From contig JBLIRH010000007.1 in NCBI GenBank assembly GCA_049472215.1, positions 1-62,965 of the forward strand: a DNA stretch of 62,965 bases, read 5' to 3'. Of this stretch, positions 44,101 through 53,689 are shown piece after piece; the first letter of the stretch is position 1, and each line of letters begins with the position of its first letter. Both the position numbers and the translations under genes were made by a program. Source of the stretch: Thermoplasmatota archaeon (GTDB lineage: Archaea; Thermoplasmatota; Penumbrarchaeia; Penumbrarchaeales; Penumbrarchaeaceae). The notes under the pieces were generated by a model. It made no database searches. It saw nothing but the letters and a program-made list of their open reading frames with translations, and was not told where the DNA came from.

Positions 44101-44814
44101 AGTCGTACTGTTCCAGGCACGGAACTCGAGGATAACGGGATAGATGAAATTGATATTAGGAGCACCGTCGGGAACGATAACTATTGTGGATGTGTTCCCG
44201 TGGAACTTTCCGGTCACCTCGTAGTCCGCATCCTGGAACTGCTGGAGGATGAAGTTCACGGCGTATGCCTGGGTTGCCAGAGAGGCGTTCTTCTTGACGG
44301 AATCCTCGGAAAATATCTTGACGACAAGCTTGTCGATGCTACCGTTTCGTGTGTCCACGGTGAGGTTGATCCAGAAATAATCCTGATCGTTGAATGAAAT
44401 GGTCGTCCCCGAGATCGTGGACGTGACGTTGTTGGTTACCTTGTCCCCATTCTTGAGGTAAGTGGCATTGGAAAAGTCGTCGTTCTCGTCCTTCTTCGGG
44501 GCCCATGCGGACCTGGTGGGCTGATCGTTCCTCTTGTACCAGCTCATATCGCCGTAGATCGAGGCCATCGGATTTGTGGGGTCCTTTACATCCACGGTTT
44601 CAAGCGTTGCCGCCCCCATATCAACGAGGTCATGGACATCGTAGTAAGGATCGACATTTTCGTAGATGGCGGGACCTTCCTCAAGCCCTGGCTGGGTTTC
44701 CTGTCCTACATTGGCCGTGGTTCCTGCTCCTACCAACGGGACCAGGGGCGCCAACAACATGATCGCTATCAGAAGTCCAAAGAGAGAGGTTCTCTTCATC
44801 GCAAATTCCTCCAT
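41197..44814 (-). CDS. giant cadherin-like/PKD surface protein (1205 aa) with TSP3-like Ca-binding repeats, one TM and P/Q-rich acidic cytoplasmic tail
   Basis: Signal peptide. Repeats are delimited by VNDDAY, TNRNDKP, DNVNDKP and VNTNDPP (cadherin-type linkers). PKD repeat (LTYIWNFGDGTG). DFDGDGMPD...DLDGDGFTN. TM helix LLWIVLIVIIAIILIGAFGFFMYVL. The tail ends LPDLPPPPKL. Confidence 0.85.
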   Translation of the reverse strand: MEEFAMKRTSLFGLLIAIMLLAPLVPLVGAGTTANVGQETQPGLEEGPAIYENVDPYYDVHDLVDMGAATLETVDVKDPTNPMASIYGDMSWYKRNDQPTRSAWAPKKDENDDFSNATYLKNGDKVTNNVTSTISGTTISFNDQDYFWINLTVDTRNGSIDKLVVKIFSEDSVKKNASLATQAYAVNFILQQFQDADYEVTGKFHGNTSTIVIVPDGAPNINFIYPVILEFRAWNSTTLNYTMEIDITQVSSIEGNGLFGSGMLVNNTNRNSIRMKSVNRSHDLFDWYDMSDMLTDSGLNVDRNDEVRFSLRFDVATEERTGMYGYAGPGLYGARVPTTTIAFLYLIWYNYTAQQLNIFTSGGNIPYVGVLFGNDPFTVGFLEHAEFVWFGCSPLQLWLAGTSAYAGAEGNAEVFYNLTALNAVIIPPNGPPQFNLPMQNLVFDEDTGPWMNLTDLDDHFSDPQAEHDARLRYEVVSSVDADPEIQFDIDPDTHMLSMRVTEDNWHSNSILSKFRIRCYDWGPNWIYNDGDDLSVLSNEFSVLIASVNDDAYIEKVEVASGPAQINDHQAIEITVMQNTPLKSKRIHAFDVDGDDIEYEHNATTTAFSINSNGQYNFLPTNDEVGTTWIQVTVDDGHSPSPDDYLILKFIVTNRNDKPSLTTIEWRDRGIVYDNLDVEDEPTFRNVDEDIELNLTVEAYDPDIAIGIADSLTWNVGSPGWAAYPHPTNPMKAYLTYFPTNEDAILGIAETTLSCSDSQGAMSQEVRVVLYVDNVNDKPRILTINGEAPQEGKITLDSTNGLNGFEDKPYTLNVEAEEIDPRDDISFTTNDPSWQPTPVLGNEFARNFTIIPTQDMVGLHSVRITVKDEDGAADTVLVNYEIVNTNDPPEKPRIRYDESIIRYPGNNISFWCDDVEDQDGDDLTYIWNFGDGTGEVVGQRVSHSWASDNQYYVKLTVRDPSGAESFEEITFIIVEKPVEIDPDFDFDGDGMPDIYEEENGLNKLDPNDKVTDLDGDGFTNFQEFEYGSDPLDIDDHPPIISDDGGGFSLLWIVLIVIIAIILIGAFGFFMYVLMSKPQPMIQQQMYGAELPGQAYPGALPAQGAVPQMPPAQQQRLPPAPQEAEKPPEDDYLEGFMEEAHKQIEESSAQGAEEENVWKPPVESEEPAAESQVDDLFGEMPAEEETPVEPAPSGLKKLPDLPPPPKL

Positions 44815-44934
44815 GCAGCTGCTTCGATTCGCAAGCGTATTTTTCCCCTTTGGGGACCGCGAATACTCCCAATGACAGTTCGGGTTATAAAGTGTTTGGG
44901 GTTACTTGAGCCAGGACCAGTGTCATCTGGACGC

Positions 44935-45330
44935 TCAGTCCACACGGGACCATACCTCGTCCGGGATCTCCTCGTACACGTTATAATCCTCGGATGTCGG
45001 ACACTGCTCGACATCATCGCACGCCATGGTATTGATGACGTTCTTCTTCAGAAGCCAGTAGTGGATCCTCCACTCCCTGCCGTCGTACAGGGTTGTCTCT
45101 TCCCGTTCCGTGACCAGAAGGCCGAAGTCCTCGAGCATGTAGAAAAGGTCCCTGTCCTCGGGTTCAAGGATATTGTCGACGATCCTGTCGCCGAACCCGA
45201 AGAAATTGAGAACATGGTATGCCATGTTCTGTGCATCCTCGCGGCTCATGTTGTGTTCCTTGTAGCTGTTGATAATGGCTTCCGTCAAGCGGTTCAGACT
45301 GACAATGAGCTCCATCTGACCAATTGGCAT
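44935..45330 (-). CDS. conserved-looking archaeal hypothetical protein (131 aa)
   Basis: Normal composition (ILEPEDRDLFYMLEDFGLLVTEREETTLYDGREWRIHYWLL). I believe similar proteins exist in other euryarchaea, but I cannot name the family with confidence. Confidence 0.6.
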   Translation of the reverse strand: MPIGQMELIVSLNRLTEAIINSYKEHNMSREDAQNMAYHVLNFFGFGDRIVDNILEPEDRDLFYMLEDFGLLVTEREETTLYDGREWRIHYWLLKKNVINTMACDDVEQCPTSEDYNVYEEIPDEVWSRVD

Positions 45331-45493
45331 GGGATTACCTCAACCGACCGTGTACACGCTTCTGAACAAGCGAACGCTCATGGGAGCGGAGAGCGCCTAT
45401 AAAAGAGGGCATATTTAACCGTTTTGGGAACGAGGAATTGTCTCTTACCGCGCCATCGGTTAGATGATTCATTAGAAAACTATTATATCGACT

Positions 45494-46093
45494 GTGACCT
45501 TGTGGTTGAACCGCGCGCTCCCTGGAGGTATCGTTTTGCCCGAGGACGAAAGGCAACACAAGAAAAGGTTGAAGGAGGCCCAGAAGGTCTACGACAGGAA
45601 CATCAAAGCCTTCTCGCAGGGAAAGATCACAAAGGATGAGCTGAAGGAAAAGCTCAGACCCTACAAGTTCGAGCTGAAGGAGCTTGGATACCCGGTGAAG
45701 ATCAAGGATGACGAAAGACCGCCGGGGGAAGCAGAGGTAGAAGCGAAGGAGGAAAGCAAACCCGCCAAGGTGCCCGTATCCTACAAACCCTGGTCCAAGA
45801 GGTCCTCGCTCACCGTCGATGAGATCGAAAGGAGCGTGGACATCCTTTCCATAGGATCGTCGCCGTCCGAATCCCTGAAGAGCCTGTACAAGTCAAAGTA
45901 CGGCGAGGAACTTCCCCCGCCCCAGGACCTGATACCCTTCGAGAGGCCGGGAAAGGAGCTTCCCTCCAGCAAACCCAAGGCGGCGCTTCCGGCTGCAGAG
46001 GAAGAGGAAGAAACGACAGTGGCCGGAGAGAAGAGGTCCTTCTGGAAATCCCTCGTGAAGGGAAAGAAGGAGAAGGGAGCGGAGGAGACCTGA
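45494..46093 (+). CDS. K/E-rich hypothetical protein upstream of psmA
   Basis: ORF with a charged, partly low-complexity sequence. The start is uncertain (GTG 45494). Confidence 0.45.
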   Translation: MTLWLNRALPGGIVLPEDERQHKKRLKEAQKVYDRNIKAFSQGKITKDELKEKLRPYKFELKELGYPVKIKDDERPPGEAEVEAKEESKPAKVPVSYKPWSKRSSLTVDEIERSVDILSIGSSPSESLKSLYKSKYGEELPPPQDLIPFERPGKELPSSKPKAALPAAEEEEETTVAGEKRSFWKSLVKGKKEKGAEET

Positions 46094-46106
46094 AACAGGT
46101 GTGACC

Positions 46107-47081
46107 ATGGAAAAGGACCATTACGACCAGGCAGCTACCGTCTTTTCACCCGATGGCAGGGTCTATCAGGTGGAATACGCCAGGGAGGCCATAAAAAGAG
46201 GAGGGCTCGCCCTCGGGATCGTATTCAAGGACGGGGTCCTTTTCACCATAGACAAATCGATCTTCAGCCCCCTTATCGAGGAAGAATACCTTGAGAAGTT
46301 CTTCCCGATAACGCACCAGGTCGGTGCGGCAGCTTCCGGGCTTATCGCGGACGCCAGGGTACTCGTGGACATCCTCCGGGACAAGGCCCAGGAAGAGGCC
46401 CGGAGGTACGGTGAGACCCCGGACCTCAAGAGCCTTGTGATGTGGATCTCGCGGATATGCGAGATCTATACGAGGTACGAGGGGGTAAGGCCCTTCGGCA
46501 CAGCCCTTATCATCGGGGGGAGGGACACAAACGGCTTCCATCTGTACGAGACGGACCCCTCCGGTGTCTTTCAGGAGAGGAAGGCCACGGCCATAGGAAA
46601 GGGCTCTCAGAAAGCGGTCGAGTTCCTTGAAAGGAGCTACAGGCAGGGCATGACAAGGGAGGAAGCGATCCAGATGGCCCTGAACGTGCTGAAGGAGACC
46701 CTCGAGGACCGGCCTCAGGACGACCAGAAAGGGGAGGAGATCCATATCCTCACCGACAAAGGGTTCGAGAGGATCGACCTGGACGACCCCCGGGATATAG
46801 AGAAGTACATCAGAGAGCTCTCCAAGGAGACCAAAAAGGTCAAAGGACCGGGGAGGGGTAAGAGAACGGCAAAACCAAAAACCCCCTCCGGACCAGCCGA
46901 TATCGGGGAGTTCCTCGATACTATCCCGAAGCTCTCAAAGCAGGGAAAGGACGCACTGATCGAGAAGTACAAGGACATTGAAGGTCTGAGGAAGGCCTAT
47001 TTTGACGACCTTCTGAAGATAAAGGGTGTCGGCAGGGCCACCGCCGAGAGGATCGTAAAGGCCCTTGAAACACTGAATTGA
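46107..47081 (+). CDS. psmA: 20S proteasome alpha subunit with ~85-aa C-terminal basic linker plus (HhH)2 extension
   Basis: YDQAATVFSPDGRVYQVEYAREAIKRG is the alpha-subunit signature, and the core ends near ...RDIEKYIRELS. The tail is KETKKVKGPGRGKRTAKPK...IPKLSKQGKDALIEKY...LLKIKGVGRATAERIVKAL (two helix-hairpin-helix motifs). Confidence 0.9.
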   Translation: MEKDHYDQAATVFSPDGRVYQVEYAREAIKRGGLALGIVFKDGVLFTIDKSIFSPLIEEEYLEKFFPITHQVGAAASGLIADARVLVDILRDKAQEEARRYGETPDLKSLVMWISRICEIYTRYEGVRPFGTALIIGGRDTNGFHLYETDPSGVFQERKATAIGKGSQKAVEFLERSYRQGMTREEAIQMALNVLKETLEDRPQDDQKGEEIHILTDKGFERIDLDDPRDIEKYIRELSKETKKVKGPGRGKRTAKPKTPSGPADIGEFLDTIPKLSKQGKDALIEKYKDIEGLRKAYFDDLLKIKGVGRATAERIVKALETLN

Positions 47082-47091
47082 TATCCGGAAC

Positions 47092-47514
47092 CTAGAGGTC
47101 CCTGGTGTTCTTTATCAACTTCACACAGGCTTCCACCGCGGAGCGGGCATTGTCTATCCTTGCCTGGGCCTGGCCCCTTGTCATTCCAGGGCCGGTGATC
47201 CCCAGACCGACCGGTTTTCCGAATTCCAGTGAGATATCGATGATCTTTCTTGCCGCATGCTGCATGACGACCTCGTCGTGGTCCGTCTCTCCCTCTATGA
47301 CGGCACCGAGGGAGACCACTCCGTCGATATCGTCCCTTGTTATCAGCTTCTTGAGTGCGAAGGGCATATCGTAGACTCCGGGAACGGTCACCTGCTCTCC
47401 GATCTCGCACCCCAGGAACTCGGCGTGCGCCTTGGCCCTCTCCAGCATCATCATGGTGATATCGAAGTTATACTCCGACACGACGAAACCAAGCCTGATC
47501 CTATCTTCGCTCAT
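47092..47514 (-). CDS. ribH: 6,7-dimethyl-8-ribityllumazine synthase
   Basis: RLGFVVSEYNFDIT, VPGVYDMPFALKKL, and GAVIEGETDHDEVV are archaeal RibH motifs. Confidence 0.92.
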   Translation of the reverse strand: MSEDRIRLGFVVSEYNFDITMMMLERAKAHAEFLGCEIGEQVTVPGVYDMPFALKKLITRDDIDGVVSLGAVIEGETDHDEVVMQHAARKIIDISLEFGKPVGLGITGPGMTRGQAQARIDNARSAVEACVKLIKNTRDL

Positions 47515-47526
47515 ATTTACTCCTCC

Positions 47527-49268
<1,742 letters not shown>

Positions 49269-49311
49269 AAATATTTTGTAATGACCAAAATATTGGTAAT
49301 TGTCCGTTCAT

Positions 49312-50229
49312 TCAGTGGGTTTGATCTCTCTTTTTTCTGGAGATCTCCTTGAGGTGGACCTCCCCGTCCCCGGACCTCTCCTTCGAGCCAAGGACATCCT
49401 TGAGGTCATAGACCCTCCCCTCGATGTCCAGTGCTTTTTCGAGTATGGGTCTGGCCTCATCCATGAGGCCCTTCTTCTGGAGTATACGGCCCTTGGAGTA
49501 GAGGGCGGGATAGTACTCAGGATCATGTTCGAGAGATCGTTCGTAAGCCTCCAGGGCATCGTCATCCCTGCCCTGGGCCTCTATGACCGCTCCGTAATTG
49601 TTCCAGAGCTGGGGGTCGTCCTCGACTGCATCGAGAAGGTACCTAAGGAGCCTCTCGGCCTCTTCGAACCTGCCGAGCTTGATCAGGACGATGGCCTTGT
49701 CATGGAGCAGACCGGGAGGGGCCCCATCCATCGAAGAGGCCTGCTCGTAATACTGGAGCGAGACCTCCAGAAGACCGAGTTCCCGGTATATCAGGCCCAG
49801 GATCGATCCGATCCGGTAGTTGGGCTCCAGATAGGGCTCGGCAGTGGTGAAACACAGGGCCGCGGCCCTCCATCTCGCATTGGACAGGAATACCTGGCCG
49901 AGGGCGACCAGGCCGTTGATACTGTCAAGTAGCTCCTCTCCCTGGGGCCACGTAGGGTCCCTCATTGCCCGAAGGGCAAGGTCAGCATCTATGAACTGAC
50001 CCCTGCTCTCCTCCGCCCTTTCGAAACCGTATCTCGCCTCGGAAAGCTGCATCCCGGCAAGGGCGACCAGGCCGTAAAGCTCCCAGGCGTCGCCCAGGCT
50101 TTCGTCCAGCTCCAGGCATTTTACCAGCTCCACGCCGCACTTGGAATAAACCCCCTCCTCGAAGAGCGAGACCGCGGCCTTGAGATGCTGAACGGCCTCC
50201 ACATGCCGATCGTACCCTTCATCCATCAT
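49312..50229 (-). CDS. tetratricopeptide repeat (TPR) protein
   Basis: Repeated 34-aa units with the W/Y-x-x-L-G...A...Y-x-x-A-L pattern (e.g. NYGAVIEAQGRDDDALEAYERSLEHDPEYYPALYSKGRIL). Confidence 0.8.
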   Translation of the reverse strand: MMDEGYDRHVEAVQHLKAAVSLFEEGVYSKCGVELVKCLELDESLGDAWELYGLVALAGMQLSEARYGFERAEESRGQFIDADLALRAMRDPTWPQGEELLDSINGLVALGQVFLSNARWRAAALCFTTAEPYLEPNYRIGSILGLIYRELGLLEVSLQYYEQASSMDGAPPGLLHDKAIVLIKLGRFEEAERLLRYLLDAVEDDPQLWNNYGAVIEAQGRDDDALEAYERSLEHDPEYYPALYSKGRILQKKGLMDEARPILEKALDIEGRVYDLKDVLGSKERSGDGEVHLKEISRKKRDQTH

Positions 50230-50282
50230 TTATCCAAGTGGTCAGGTAGCGATATAACGATTTCCATCGCCTGCCGGTCCGG

Positions 50283-50801
50283 TCAGAGCTGCTGCCATCC
50301 TTCCTGGCCGAGTACCTCTGCAGGATCCGGATCGGGCCAATCGTTGACGGGATAGTGTTTGTTGCAGCGCGTGCAGCTCAGAAGGGAGGAGCCGTACTGG
50401 AACATGGGATGATAACAAACAGGGCAAAGGGGGCGGACCTTCGACCGCGCGCTGCTGTAGAACTTATGCCCCTCCCTGCACTCGTACCCGGAGATATCGT
50501 ATGTTATCTGGGTAACGACCCTTTTGGTGATGTCCCCGCCCATGAGCTTCAGACCCTTGATCGATATCCTTTCACCCTCGACGGGGACCTCGATCTCGCC
50601 ATTGATGGACCTTGTGGGGGACCCGCAGGTCCCACAAGGCTTCTTGGGATCGAACCCGGGCTCGACCTTCTTCTTGGGGAGGTCTTCCTCGGGGATCTTC
50701 GTGATCCTCTGCTTCGCAGTGGTCATGTCGAAACCGCATTTGGCGCATATTTCGGCACTCTGGTCATACTGATAGGCACTACAGTTGGGACAGTATTGCA
50801 T
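50283..50801 (-). CDS. soluble multi-zinc-ribbon protein (hypothetical)
   Basis: CPNC..CAKC, CGTC, and CPVC..CTRC pairs. ATG 50801 is preceded by a G-rich SD-like stretch. The track start is TTG 50822. Confidence 0.6.
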   Translation of the reverse strand: MQYCPNCSAYQYDQSAEICAKCGFDMTTAKQRITKIPEEDLPKKKVEPGFDPKKPCGTCGSPTRSINGEIEVPVEGERISIKGLKLMGGDITKRVVTQITYDISGYECREGHKFYSSARSKVRPLCPVCYHPMFQYGSSLLSCTRCNKHYPVNDWPDPDPAEVLGQEGWQQL

Positions 50802-50837
50802 CCCCGAACCCCCGCCACACAATGGAGATATTACGTA

Positions 50838-52589
50838 TTATTTTTTACTGCCCCTTCTCCGAAGGTACAGGACGGCCCCTACAGCGACCGCTGCGGCGAT
50901 CAGGATAATGAAGATCAGAGTGCCACCGGCTCTGGATAACACACCCTGGGAGGAGGGCTCCCTAACGACAAGTTCCACCGTGGAGTCTCCGTCCTGCTCC
51001 CATCTTTCAAGCCCCTTGCTTCCTCCCTTGGTAGCGGAAACGTTGTAATCGGAATGAGGAATGAACTCGAACATCGCCGAGCCGCCCTTATCGGTCAGGA
51101 GCTCGAAGGAAGCCCCGTCTATGTTGGACGTCACGTTGACGATCGCACCCGGGACCGGGTTCCCGGCCGAGTCCCTGACGAGGACCTCCATGGTCGAGAA
51201 GGGGCCGAAGGATGCGTAGGGCCTGGGAATGATATCCTCCAGATCATCGAACGCATATTCCGGGTGCTCCCTGGCATGGTCGGCGACTATGAACGGCTGT
51301 CCGCAGGAATGGCCGTACCTTGCCCAGATCTCCATCCTCGAGGCCATCGACCTGTTGGTCACCTTCCCGTCCATCGATCCGTGGGGGTAGCCGGAGGCGT
51401 TCTCGACATGGCCGCACAATGTGTGGGAGCAGGGATTGATCTTGTCCTCGACCGTATCGTAATGGTCCCCGAGGTACTCCATTCCCTTGAAAACAGTGAT
51501 GTTGCCGTAATCCCGGTCCCTGAGCTGCTCGAGCCTGATCCACCTTGGATAGCAGCCATGGTCCCAGCCCTGGGTCGCTCCCATCTCTTCCGCTACCTCG
51601 GGGTCCCACGGGTAGTTGCAGGAGCCGAGGAAACCGTTCTTCGTCCTCTTCAGCTCCCATTCGTGGCTCCCTAGCTCCAGGACCGCAACCTCGTTGGTCT
51701 TGGCGTCGGCCAGGAGGTAGTCCCCGCAGTATGCACCGTTGGTCTGCTCGAGCATGATGTCGGTGAAGGAATCTATGGAGTCCGCATACTGGACGGCCTT
51801 TCTCAACCTCACGAAGGAGGGTACCCCGCCCCACTGATATGGGCCCGTACCCAACGTGGTCTCCGCGATCACCAGTCCAGCGGAATTGGTATAGTACTCG
51901 GTTCCGGACCAGATCATGCCTGCGGTCACTTCCATGAATATCCTGTTGCCGCTGTTGGGGATGATATCTATGAAGACCGCATGCGCCGGGCTCAGGAAAT
52001 AGGGCATCCACAGGGACTGGGCAAGGACGAAACCGCCGTCCTTGGTCGCATCACCGGTCGCAACGAACGCGCTGCAGTGATGCGGTGTCCTTGGTTCATA
52101 TGTCGGAAGATCGTTATTGAACGGGAGCCACCACCAGGGATTTCCGGGGAGGTCGGTCCGCCACCAGATGTCCCAGATCGCATTGAGAGCGAGTATGTCC
52201 CATCGGTCCACGGGGTCCCCGAGCGGGTTCCTTGCACCATTCTCCGATGCCCCCCTGGCGATCCCGTCCATCTCCTGCTTCTGCTCGTCCGGGACATAGA
52301 ACCAGTAGTTCATCGCGTTCAGCCTGACGACCCTCCAGTCCATTCCGTAGCTTCGCTCCGTTGCATGGGCGTAGGCGGAGATGGAGCGAGGTATCAGATC
52401 TGCAAGTAGGCACCCATGCTGGTATCCTATCTCGTCCGGGGACCCGCTGACCTGGATGTACCGGAACCCTTCTTTTTCCCATGAGAAGCCGCCGGAGGGG
52501 GTTTGCTGGCCGGTGACGCTTTCACCCGATACGGGTCCGGCCATTGCAGTTAGTGCCATCAGCAACAGGAGAAATAATGGAACGGCCAT
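50838..52589 (-). CDS. secreted peptidase C45 / acyl-CoA:6-APA acyltransferase-like Ntn hydrolase with CarboxypepD_reg-like module and C-terminal TM anchor
   Basis: Signal peptide (MAVPLFLLLLMALTAMAGPVSG). Candidate nucleophile context HHCSAFVATGDATKDGG. C-terminal TM LIFIILIAAAVAVGAVLYLRRR. Start chosen at M38 of the track ORF. Confidence 0.8.
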   Translation of the reverse strand: MAVPLFLLLLMALTAMAGPVSGESVTGQQTPSGGFSWEKEGFRYIQVSGSPDEIGYQHGCLLADLIPRSISAYAHATERSYGMDWRVVRLNAMNYWFYVPDEQKQEMDGIARGASENGARNPLGDPVDRWDILALNAIWDIWWRTDLPGNPWWWLPFNNDLPTYEPRTPHHCSAFVATGDATKDGGFVLAQSLWMPYFLSPAHAVFIDIIPNSGNRIFMEVTAGMIWSGTEYYTNSAGLVIAETTLGTGPYQWGGVPSFVRLRKAVQYADSIDSFTDIMLEQTNGAYCGDYLLADAKTNEVAVLELGSHEWELKRTKNGFLGSCNYPWDPEVAEEMGATQGWDHGCYPRWIRLEQLRDRDYGNITVFKGMEYLGDHYDTVEDKINPCSHTLCGHVENASGYPHGSMDGKVTNRSMASRMEIWARYGHSCGQPFIVADHAREHPEYAFDDLEDIIPRPYASFGPFSTMEVLVRDSAGNPVPGAIVNVTSNIDGASFELLTDKGGSAMFEFIPHSDYNVSATKGGSKGLERWEQDGDSTVELVVREPSSQGVLSRAGGTLIFIILIAAAVAVGAVLYLRRRGSKK

Positions 52590-52611
52590 GGATGCTTTTC
52601 CCTTCAACCCG

Positions 52612-53535
52612 TCACCTCCTCCTCCGGTAAGCAAAGAATGTGGAGGCGATGATGATGGCAAATAGCGCCAGCACCGGTTCGAAACCGGGTACGGACACAC
52701 CTCTCTGGCGTATGAATATGGAGTATGTGGCGGATTCGGAGACGGAATGCGAAGCGATCGCCTGCTCGGAAGTGACGATGAACTTGATCACAACTATATT
52801 GTTCCTCCAACCGTCCCATTTCTTCGGGGTCGCGATATGGATCGGGACCTTGACGGATTTCTGGTACGGGACATCCCATTTGGTCGTGTCGAAGACGAAG
52901 GCCCACCCGTTGGACTCCATCGTATCCCTCCGGTCGATCTCTATGGTGACCTCATCGTCCCCGTTCCCCTCGTTGATCACCTCGACCTCGATATCGAACT
53001 CACCCCCGGGGGAGGTCTGGATGAACGGCGTGTCGCACCTGACCCTGTATTCGTAGAACTGGTCGATATATATGAAGACATCAAGGGGCTGGACGTCCCC
53101 GCTCCTCGTGTTGGGCTCGTAGTTCCATCTTCCCGTGATGGTCATTATCTTGGTTGCGTCCAATCCCGATGTCTTGTAACCAGCTGGTACCCGGACCGAT
53201 ACCGCGAACTGCAGCTGTGTGAAGGAGCTGGTGAGTGTCAGTATGGGAATTGCGGTGACCTCCCATCCCTCGACCTGGGCCTGCAGGTTCACAACGACGA
53301 ACTGGACGTCGGGGCTTAGAGCTTCCGTTAGGGTAACGAAGCCTTTGAAGGTCACGATCCCGCCCCTTGAAGGGTCTACCTTGGCGTGAAGGGCGCTCTG
53401 CCCGGAATCGGGGTTAACGGTGACAATAGCCTCTCCCACGGCCTCTGCATCGTCTGGGAACAGAAGGAAACCTGAAGCCCCCATGAGCACGACCAATGCC
53501 ATTATGGTCAGAAGCCTGAACCGGACCAACCTCAT
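52612..53535 (-). CDS. secreted protein with PGF-CTERM archaeosortase sorting signal
   Basis: Signal peptide or anchor (MRLVRFRLLTIMALVVLMGASGFLL). The C-terminus PGFEPVLALFAIIIASTFFAYRRRR has PGF, a hydrophobic helix and an Arg cluster. The middle resembles CARDB/NEW3-like beta-sandwiches (EFDIEVEVINEGNGDDEVTIEI). Confidence 0.7.
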   Translation of the reverse strand: MRLVRFRLLTIMALVVLMGASGFLLFPDDAEAVGEAIVTVNPDSGQSALHAKVDPSRGGIVTFKGFVTLTEALSPDVQFVVVNLQAQVEGWEVTAIPILTLTSSFTQLQFAVSVRVPAGYKTSGLDATKIMTITGRWNYEPNTRSGDVQPLDVFIYIDQFYEYRVRCDTPFIQTSPGGEFDIEVEVINEGNGDDEVTIEIDRRDTMESNGWAFVFDTTKWDVPYQKSVKVPIHIATPKKWDGWRNNIVVIKFIVTSEQAIASHSVSESATYSIFIRQRGVSVPGFEPVLALFAIIIASTFFAYRRRR

Positions 53536-53689
53536 CGTTTGGTGGAGGTGAACCAACATATTTAATCCTTCTAATAGGAGGATGATAACCCGGGCCTGGA
53601 GAGGCAACGATCAAGGGCTGAACGGGATACCTATCCAAAAAGTATTACAACACACCGAACGATACCTTTCGTTCCTAGGAGGTCTGCCT

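Noticed and set aside
45331-45493. 163-nt intergenic region upstream of the K/E-rich ORF, screened for a C/D-box sRNA or other small RNA.
   Set aside because: There is no proper C box (RUGAUGA) or D box (CUGA) pair at appropriate spacing, and no stable extended helices. It is most likely just a promoter region (TATAAAAGA present).
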